A stretch of DNA of 45,719 nucleotides from Octopus bimaculoides (Eukaryota). The notes under the pieces were generated by a model that ran no database searches, was not told the DNA's origin, and saw only the letters and a list, made by a program, of their open reading frames with translations. Location of the stretch: NCBI RefSeq assembly GCF_001194135.2, contig NC_068983.1:72556093-72601811 (forward strand), given 5' to 3'. A program made the position numbers and the translations under genes. This document shows positions 36,087-45,719 of this stretch, piece by piece (the first letter of the stretch is position 1; the number at the start of each line of letters is the position of its first letter).

Positions 36087-39000
36087 CACACACACACAAA
36101 CATACTTGTGCCACCAGTATCAATATTGTCATTTACAACAGAAGTCTCAACACATAAAGATGTGCAACATGAAATCTCTGTCACAAGTTCATATTAGAGT
36201 TGCTTAAGAGTTATATATACATACATGTATACACACAAGCAACACACACACACACACACACACATTACACATGAATATACATCAATAGCTAGATATAAGC
36301 AAATACATAAATATACAACCATAGACACATTGAATGTCATTGTACATATTGTCGGGTAAGAAGTGAAGATAGTGGATCAACAACTTGTATCCAGAAGTTG
36401 CTGTCTAAACAGCTGCACAGTCTGCTGAAGAAACTTGCCAATTAAACAAATTTGCATCTGTTCAGATCAAATATGTCAGAATGACACAACAGCCTGATAA
36501 GAGATCTAATAAAATGGATTAAATGAAATCTGTTGAATCTGTGAAATTATTTAATACACATTAATAACATGTAATTAATTCCCTTAAAATACAGAAAAAC
36601 AAAATATGAGTATAAATAGAGTTTATTATCCTACATATTACAAGTCAGTAGAACACTTTCATAGCAGGTGCAGATTATAAGGGAAATATCAGACAAAATA
36701 GATTAACTTGATTCTTAAAACACCCTATTTCTAAACTGTATAGCCAACAGAATGGGGAAATGCTACCACCAGTATCGATATAGTCATTTACAACAGGTCT
36801 TAGCATAAAGATGTGCAAAAATAATTAAGACAAAGATGTACAACATGAAATCTCAGTTACAAGTTCATATGAGAGTTGCTTAGGAGTTAATTGAATCATC
36901 ATAGCTCTAACGACTAGCAGAATAATAACTTCCTATAAAATCTAGCAAATCAACTTAAATGAATAATCATAACTAAGTAATGAATTAGATAAGCTAGGTA
37001 AGAAAACACAGAACATAAAATGTAGATCACAATAATGTGAGAACTGACCATAAGCAACTGCGACAAATCTATCTTGGAATTGGGGCCAAACCTAAGTCAA
37101 GTCAAGGACTAGAGCTATCATAAGAAACTCACTCACATAATAGCATTTTTCTATAACTTGTACAACCCTAACTAAATCCAACTTTAAACAAAGTGGCAAT
37201 ATTATAAAAGTTTCAAGTCTAGGATAAGAAAATTCTGAAAATATACTCTGGATGAGTAGATGTTGTTATTGGTCTATCCCAAGATATTCCTGTCAAGAGT
37301 GCCTATAATTATAGATCTGTTCCATTAGGAGTGACTTGGAGCTAGACAACAATGCATCACAACTGATTTCTTATTCATTGAATCAAAACCTAACATATTC
37401 TACCAAGCAATAAACCATGTTATAAACATTCTACCATGTTTGTTATAAACCAATAATTTCAAACTTTTTGACTGTAGTGCACTAGGAATCAGACAAAAAA
37501 AATTAGACACAATTCTCATGGTAACTTTTGAAAAATGTTTACCTTGTTTTTATTACAGTGCAGTTACAAGTAACATTTTTTTTTTTCAAAATGCTTTTGT
37601 GCATTTTGAAAAAAAAAAAATGTATGGATTTTTTTAAAGAATTAAATTATATTTTTAGAAATCCACAATGTACCTAGATACTTCTTGTTGTACATCAGAG
37701 TACTGCTATGTAACATTTGAAAACCTTTATTACAAACCATAAATAGCAAGATGTCTCTAAGATAAGGTTCTTGTTTATCTCAACTAACCACAACAAAAAT
37801 TTTCAGAAACCGGAATTTAAAAGTTTTCAATTATATGGTTTAAGATGTAAATAGTTGGGTGAAACGAAAGAATACAAAAAAATAAATTGATCAAGAAAAT
37901 TTATTAGGCATTCTCATGTGGTTAAGAAGTTTACTTCACAAAATCAGAGTTTCAGCTCCAATTCTTACAGTACAACACCTTAGACAAGTGTCTACTGTCA
38001 TAGCCTCTAGTCAACTAAAACCTTGTGAACTAATTTGGTAGGATAGAAGTCTGCTAGATTTATATGCATACATATTTTAGAGGGAAGGACAGCAGTATTG
38101 GTTATACCCATTTAAGCCTTATAAAACTTTATTGTTGCTCCTTTCAAAAATACTAGACAAACTACTGGGATCACTATAACCATCTAAAACCTTTGAAGAT
38201 AGTGTTCAAGTATTACTGCAATCCAAAGAGAGAAAACAAGTACAAGAATAACTGTATATGATAATAAAACAAAAAATATCATAGATTGGGCTTCACAAGT
38301 GGAAATATTAATAGAGAACAAATTCATTCATACATTTAACATAAGAAATTATTGCTGAAATGTTTCAATTTAAACATCTATAAATATGCTGCAAAGGAGA
38401 GTTTAAAATGTCCTGAAAAGAGTAGAGGTGGCCAATGAAATTATTGTGCAAGATAATTGCTTACTGGAACTGAATATTTTGACAAAAGTCAGCAAAAAAA
38501 CAAAAAGATTTTTGAACAGTTGTGCCAAAGCCTACTATTTTTATAACCATTCCAAACCCTACTATTTTTATATCCATCCTATAATTATTGGTACACTCAC
38601 TCACATTACCAAGTATTTAAATGAGCCAATGAAGGAATGTCTGCATGACCTCCAAAAAACTGTAACTAATTTTCATATCACAGCTTGACTCTCTTCAGAA
38701 TAATTGAAGGAATTAGACAAATTGACAATAGTTCTACAAAAGATAAGATTATTATGGTTGTGTCGTACAGATCTGTATGATTAGAGAACAGACATGAGTG
38801 TATAATTAAAACATTTGCTTAGCAGTGCTGTGGTTACAAGTTTAATACCACTGCTCAGCATCATGGGTAAGTGTTTTTTACAATGGCTTGTGAATGAGAT
38901 TTGGTAGACAAAAACTGTGAAAGTCCATCAAATAGAATTTTCCTGCCCTTGAGTGCCATTATCAGTGTCCATTCAGTTGCAAGCATTTGGACCAGGTATC

Positions 39001-40548
39001 TAGTCTTAGGATAACATTGTTCCTTCTACCCACAAGTATTGGAAACCCTGAAAATGGTCATAGGTACTGCAATTCATCCTCTGACAAAGTCATATTAGGA
39101 AATTAAAAAGGCATTGTTTTGGAGCTGAACAACAACAAAATCCACCATAAACTTCAGAAAGCCAGGATTTCTTTTGCATCCCAATAAAACTCCACAATCA
39201 AAATTTTGACAATTCAAATCATATAGAGCAGTTCTCTGAAGTAACTGCAAAGTAGATGTAAATATTTCAAAAAAAATATTAAGTTCTTGAATGTACCCTG
39301 GGGTCTTTTTATATAGATTAACATTCAGCAATACAAGAAACACACACACATACACATGTGCATATATATATCAAAATTCATAGCCTAAGGAAGCCAAAGG
39401 TGCAAGTAAGAGAGACAACCTCCCATTCCATCTTTCCTGGTCATCAGCCACCTTGTGTTTTCTCTCCATCTTTTGTGTTCATTCCCTGATATTAACTCTC
39501 TCTCTCTCTTCTTCTCTCTCTCTCTTCCAATAGATATATATAAATACATGTGTATGTGTGTGTGCTGTGTGTACATGTACACACACACACACACACACAC
39601 ACACAGACTAATGTAAAAAATATAAAGCTCTACCAAGATGTTACAGGAAATGTCAACTGTACAAAACAAAAATAATGAGATGTTATCCATGGACAGGTCT
39701 TTTCTACTGAAAATGCTGAAAATATCAATGATGTAGAATAAATCCATCTATCTTGGAAAGTACATTAATCTATTTCAAGTAACATCCCAAAATAATCAGC
39801 TACATCCCAATAGCACAACATAAATTGATTTGCTCTAGTCAACAAGGGATTTTCAATATGGTCACTCAAAGTGCTAGAAATAGAAGCCTTATTGTCTTTA
39901 TATTACATCCTACTGTTTACAAAAAAACTGTGTGTAAAATGTTAAGACATGGTCGTGTGGTTGAGAAGCTTGCTTCACAACTGTGTGGTCTTGTGTTCAG
40001 TCCCACTGCATGGCAGCCGAGGGTCAACCAAAGCCTTTATAGTGGATTTCATAGAAGGAAATTAAAAGCCCAATGTATATATCATTCAACCATGGTAGTG
40101 GTTGAATATTTTCTTAAGTCCACCATTTCATCAATTGCAGCAGCTTCCAAGCTTCACCACTAATTCAGTTCTCAACTAAATTGCAAACTGTTCATAGTTT
40201 TAAAGAGGACATCTCCTCAGCTACACTTTGGCATAAATAGTTTGAGATTTGGTTCAGTAGAATAAAAGTTACATCAAAATATCTGCAACATCAAGAGAAG
40301 CAGTAAGACAGATATTCATCTTCAATTAACATAAATTTTTTAATTTTAAATTAAAAGTATACTTTTCTTAGGCTTAAATGATAGAAAAATGCATGGGGAA
40401 TTCAGAATCGTTAGTTGCATTGAACAAAAATTAGTAGAAAAACAGTTATGAAGTAAAATATTACGAAATTTTGTCAGTAAGTAAGGGAGTAATGCTTAAG
40501 CAATAAGAATAAAGAATATATTTCTAAAACGAATGTTTACATTCTAAA

Positions 40549-40648
40549 GCAGCAAGCTGGCAGAAACGTTAATGCGCCAGGTGAAATACTTAGTGGTATT
40601 TCATCTGTCTTTACATTTTGAGTTCAAATTTTGCACAGGTCGACTTTG
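40549..40648 (+). mobile_element. Family A SINE head
   Basis: GCAAGCTGGCAGAAACGTTA...GAGTTCAAATTT...GGTCGACTTTG. Confidence 0.75.
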
Positions 40649-41333
40649 ACATACAGATTATTTAATTAATTTTTTTTAACTAAACACTTTCAAACTGCCA
40701 ATACTGGTAGAATGTGTCACATAGAACAGGGTTTACTCTTAACGTTTTTGACAAAATTTTGTATTTTAGAAGTTATTTCGTCATAAGTTACAGAGTGACA
40801 ATGGACAAATTCATGTTTGATAAGTGCCAATACATGAAACTCTCAGCTTTTGAATTACTCTCTAACTTCTGCCAATGATATATATACATATTACATATAT
40901 GTGTAAAAAAATTTCCTCATGCAATCAAACCAATGAAAGAGCCTCTACCTGGTCGCTCAACATGCTAAAAGTAGCAGCCAAAGTATCCCCTACCTAAATC
41001 ATACGCCCATTGTATGTAATGTCCTAGATTATCTCCAAAAAGATGGTTTGCTGAAGGCTGGAAGGTCTTTGATGATAGGTCTGCAGTATCAGGGTTGATT
41101 TAAGGCTAAATAGCAACAACATCATGGTAAATTTCTATATTAACACCTGCACGATTTTCATTAAGTTAAAAAAAAAAAAATTAAATTTGATTTTTTTGCA
41201 TGGAATCAAGTACCCTTATTTTGGTTTGGAAAAAATGAGGTGGGATTCCCCACTCCAATCCCGGAATCACTGGAATTTTTTTTTTTTTTTCGTTCAATGA
41301 ATTCCTGTGACCTCCTAATATTACAAAATTAGG

Positions 41334-41450
41334 NNNNNNNNNNNNNNNNNNNNNNNNNNNNNNNNNNNNNNNNNNNNNNNNNNNNNNNNNNNNNNNNNNN
41401 NNNNNNNNNNNNNNNNNNNNNNNNNNNNNNNNNNNNNNNNNNNNNNNNNN
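41334..41450. other. Assembly gap
   Basis: N run. Confidence 1.
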
Positions 41451-41579
41451 AATTAAACATGAAAAAATTGAAATATTATCATCACTTACATGGAAAATTT
41501 GAAATATTATCTTTCAGTATTTTATAAGGTAAAATCTTAAATTATTAATTATCTTATAACAGCAATGCCTGGAAAAACC

Positions 41580-42104
41580 ATGGATTACATGAAAAAATGC
41601 GAGCATGAAAAGTAATATCCTTAAGATCATAAACCTGGAAAAGTACAGGACAAGTTATTACACCAGTAAAAGTATAGGACAAGCTATTACTTCTAGTAAA
41701 GAATAAGAAACTTTTTACTTAAAATATTGCAGTTAAAATTAAAATTTGAATATTAAAACTTATTTTATAATAGTTTACAAATAATACTATACTTATTTAA
41801 GTAGCATTTAGCTAATTTACTACCTTAAATACAGAAAAAAGTGACTAATTAGACAAACTTACAAATTAGCAAAAACAGTTTTGTACAATAAATTTTAAAG
41901 ATGAGAAATGTAAAGAGTAATAAATTAGAAGAACTGGCATTCTTTGCTGCAATATTTTAAGTAAAAAGTTTCTTATTCTTTACTTTACTAGAAGTAATAG
42001 CTTGTCCTATACTTTAACAGGTGTAATAACTTGTCCTGTACTTTTCCAGGTTTATAATTTTATGAATATTACTTTCCAAACTCGCATTTTTCCATGTAAT
42101 ACAT
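41580..42104. mobile_element. Foldback/MITE-like element with ~155-bp TIRs
   Basis: Arms 41580-41732 and 41947-42104; each has two 23-bp subrepeats AAAAGTAYAGGACAAGYTATTAC. Confidence 0.85.
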
Positions 42105-42154
42105 ATATAGGTGTGTGTGTTTCTGTGTCTTTGTGTACTGAAGTCATTTGACTT

Positions 42155-42452
42155 AGTTAGTGGTTAGGGTATTCAACTTTCAATTATAAGGTTTTGAGTT
42201 CAATTCCTGGCGGCATGTTGTGTCCTTTAGCAAGACACTTTATTTCATGTTGGTCCAGTTCACTCGGCCAGCAAAAACAAGTAATACCTGTATTTCAAAG
42301 AGCCAAACTTGTCACATGATGAATCTCCCTCAAAACTATGTTAAGGGTATGTGTGTCTGATGAGTGCTCAGCCACTTGCACATTAATTTCACAAGCAGAC
42401 TGTTCTGTTGATCAGATCAACTTGGAATCCTCATTGTCATTGCCAACAAAGT
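42155..42452 (+). mobile_element. Family D SINE
   Basis: AGTTAGTGGTTAGG A box, GAGTTCAATTCC B box; 3' part homologous to 23220-23384. Confidence 0.75.
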
Positions 42453-42454
42453 GA

Positions 42455-42499
<45 letters not shown>

Positions 42500-42500
<1 letters not shown>

Positions 42501-42710
42501 ATGTCCCTTTGCGTTTGTTCCCCACCACTACTTGACAACCAGCATTGGGTCTTTTATGTTCCTTTAACTTAGCAGTTTAGCAAAAGAGACCAGTAGAATA
42601 AATACCAGGCTTTAAAAAAATAAGTACTGGAGTTGAGGCGTTCAAGCAAATCCTTCAAGGTAATGCCCCAGCGTAACTGCAGTCCAATGACTGAAACAAG
42701 ATAAAAGAGG
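42500..42710 (+). mobile_element. Family B 3' half
   Basis: After (GT)n: TTGACAACC...AACTTAGCAG...GACTGAAACAAG. Confidence 0.7.
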
Positions 42711-42732
42711 CATATTGATTCTACATGTCTGG

Positions 42733-42886
42733 TTGACGTTAGGAAGGGCATCCTGCTGTAGAAACTCTGCCAAATCAGATTGGAGCCTGGTGTAGCCATC
42801 TGGTTCACCAGTCCTCAGTCAAATCATCCAACCCATGCTAGCATGGAAAGCGGACGTTAAACGATGATGATGATGATGATGATGAT
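42733..42886 (+). mobile_element. Family C retroposon
   Basis: Same body as 525-676, with (GAT)n tail. Confidence 0.88.
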
Positions 42887-44784
42887 GTCTACTGAGAAAC
42901 ACCAATAGGTGTTTGATGAACTTCATTGCGGTTACACTTCTGTTGAGAAACACCAATGTGTCCATAAGTCTCAATGAAAAAAATAATATGAGTATTAATT
43001 CACATTAATATCTTTCTTTCACAGCATACTTGAGCTTACTTTAACAATTTAATACTCAAAGCATTAAATATGATTTCATTCATTTAATTCATATATAACT
43101 TTTACTCTAAGGAACAACTTCACAAATCACTACCTGGAGTGTCATACTGCCACTATTATTTGGTAGTAATTAAGCAACACTAATGATAAATCAAAAAACA
43201 TAAGAATAAACAAGCGTCTGACGGTTTTATAAATATTTCAAAATTATGATGATGATGATGATAGGATGCTATGATGCTCGGCGTTTCCATTATTTTGTCC
43301 AACCCCTGTATATATAAACTCTAAACTGATTTCTATATAATTTGATAATTATTGTTTTGTAAGGCAGAAGAAAGACACAGAAGGATAGCCTGCTAAACAG
43401 ACAGACAATTTGTGTTAGGTGTTATGACAGTTAAATATAGCAGGCATATACACTATATAGGCGTATCCTGTGTAGGATATACCTACAATTACAACTGAAC
43501 AGATGTGACCAAACCATAACCATAGGCCAACAATGGAATTCATATAGAGCTACTACCATTGCAAATTTATTAATATATTTGTTTTCTAATTTGTCTTTTT
43601 AAATATATTTTTTTCTATTATGTTTTTGTGTTAAATTATTTTTATATTCTTAGCTTGTTTTTTTCTTCATATTTTATAAATTTATTTTATATGTATATTA
43701 TACATACATATTTATATTTTTTATTTATCTTTATTTATAATTATGTTTTTGATTTTTTTCTTTTTTCAAATTCTATTTTACACTATAATTTGTGTTATTT
43801 TATGTTACTTTCTCATATTCAATTATTTTCTTTTAAATTTTAATTTTAAAAAGACATTTTCTGGAAGACAGCTTCAGCTAAGATTGTGTTTCTAATTGTC
43901 TAAATGTCTTTCAACTTATAAATATACTATTGTATTACATTATAGTAAATTATATTACTGCAAAACAAAATAAATATCTCTCTATGATGGTGGAAACATT
44001 AGTTTGATGATTGATTGTTACACGTTGAAATTAGGTTTGACCAATAACAGAATTCATTCATAAGACAAAAAATATTAATATTGAAAGATTGATTATGAAT
44101 AAATATTTTATATGACCCATTGAACAGCTACCATGAATAGTAGTTGCAACAATTATGCTGATTAAAAAATAAATTAACTTGTAGAAAGATTGGTATGTAT
44201 AAATAAGAATTTTGAAATTTCAATATTGCTAATGAAATAAAGGTGGTAGGTTGGTGGAAACAACGGGGTGTTAGATTGAATGCATTACAGTATTTACTTC
44301 ATTCTTCTACATTGAGATTTCAGTTCTTGTTGAAAACAAATTTTTCTCTTCTTCACCCATAATAAAATATGCACAAAGAATATACTAGATTGTGTTATAC
44401 ATCTTGCCTGTGAACATTGACATTTCTAAACCAATAAGTGACTTATGTGTTTACTCACCTCTGGAAAAATAGCAACCAAATTTCCTTCAAACACTACATT
44501 ACTAGTTTATATAAAAGAATCACACATTTGATAATGTAGTGCTATACATTATGGTTGAGAAAAAAAAAATGAGAGAAGATGGGGCAGTCATGGTTTAAAT
44601 ATCTTCAATTTTAGATGTGTTCTATCAAGTTTGACATGAGGCTAAACAACTTGACCTTGTATATAGTCAATTATAATCAAACAGGTGTAAGTTTTACTCC
44701 TAGTACAATTAGAGAAGTAAAATGACTAGATGATGACTACTTTGGTCATCACACATATTGGGCCACCAGCTCATAGCCATCAGT

Positions 44785-45198
44785 TCAAATATTTTGCAAA
44801 TGTTTTCCAACAGTAAGTGTGCATCCAAAACTAAGTGCTCTTCTTCTAAGACAGTAGAATGGGATCTGAGAGAGATTTAATTGTTTCATGAGCTTGAGTG
44901 ACCCTTTAGAAGTTGCATTTTTGGTTCCTTCAACATTAATGAAGTTAATTATTGCCTTATAAAAATATCTATTTCCTATGAGATATTGACACTGTTCTAT
45001 TTGGAATAAAAGGGCCATTATGGGACTAACAGCTCTGAGATTAAGATCCTGGACAGTAACAAATATAGTCATTGGGTCCAAAATTACTATTGCATTGTTT
45101 CTCAAGACAAAGTACGTTACTCTACAAGTCTCAGCTATGCTAGGAATACCCACTTCAAAATTATCAGATTTGAACCAGAAAGAGTGTTTGGTTGTTTA
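44785..45198 (-). other. Unidentified 137-codon open frame in non-repetitive sequence
   Basis: Stop-free TTKHSFWFKSDNFEVGIP...GKHLQNI*; the other two minus frames are rich in stops; no motif recognised. Confidence 0.25.
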
Positions 45199-45444
45199 AT
45201 AGTTTGTTCAGCAATATGAAAATATCTTAAATTCATTAGAATTACATCATGTTCTAGCAAGAAAAACTGAATATAAAATCAAATTCATTAAAAAAGAAAT
45301 CTATTTTATTATAGAAGAGTTTGAAGATTTAATATGTCCTGAATCCTTTAACCAAATTTATCAATTCAGCTTCTTGTCTTGAAGCAGCAGCTACATCAAT
45401 CTATACTGTCAATCTATGCTACCATAGAAGACTGATTTTAAAAG

Positions 45445-45475
<31 letters not shown>

Positions 45476-45477
<2 letters not shown>

Positions 45478-45718
45478 CCAAATCGACTACATCCTCGCCA
45501 GAAATAGGGAAAGAGGGCGGCTTATAAATGCCAAAACCTACCCTGGCGAAGAATGTACCCCACAACATAGATTAGTAGTTAGCGACTTTGGGATCAAGGC
45601 AAAATGGGTGCCCAGAATTGGACAGGCTTGGAGGAGAAGGGTGTGGAAGCTTAAAGACCCTGCAAACGGACAGAGACTTAGAGACAAGTTACTTGAAGCA
45701 CTTAACGAAATAGAAGGG
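45476..45718 (+). mobile_element. RTE-clade LINE endonuclease C-terminal region, open frame running off the window
   Basis: SQIDYILARNRERGRLINAKTYPGEECTPQHRLVVSDF...RVWKLKDP; GC-richer, no stops, starts directly after (TA)n. Confidence 0.9.
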
Positions 45719-45719
45719 G

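Noticed and set aside
37575-37622. Small palindrome T-run-CAAAATGC/GCATTTTG-A-run
   Set aside because: Mostly homopolymer pairing; likely chance or a transposon remnant.
38610-38733. Exon-like segment with good splice sites and one in-frame TGA (38673-38675), suggesting editing or Sec recoding
   Set aside because: No evidence the segment is an exon; a 5' G neighbour disfavours ADAR editing; no SECIS identified.

Overview
AT-rich eukaryotic, repeat-dominated DNA. The SINE, microsatellite and LINE content points to a coleoid cephalopod, most likely Octopus (inference). There are three assembly gaps. No prokaryotic features, true tRNA/rRNA genes or confidently identifiable host gene were found, and most ORFs in the supplied track are microsatellite or SINE read-throughs. 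Supportable content: several tRNA-derived SINE families (labelled A, B, D and E here); a (GAT)n-tailed RTE-type short retroposon (C); a Penelope-like element (RT on +, inverted GIY-YIG 3' end on -); two mariner derivatives; an R4/Dong relic; CR1/L2-type relics; an intact RTE endonuclease fragment at the window end; and a long-TIR foldback element. The most interesting signal is in the Penelope 3' end (19319-19541, minus strand). A 73-nt tRNA-Arg-like Pol III module follows the GIY-YIG stop and leads, with no T4 terminator, into a type I hammerhead ribozyme, predicting a ~218-nt self-cleaved RNA. Two further hammerhead-like motifs, a 28-codon repeat that appears to have diverged under coding constraint, a mariner built from two left ends and a pre-miRNA-sized hairpin also deserve checking.
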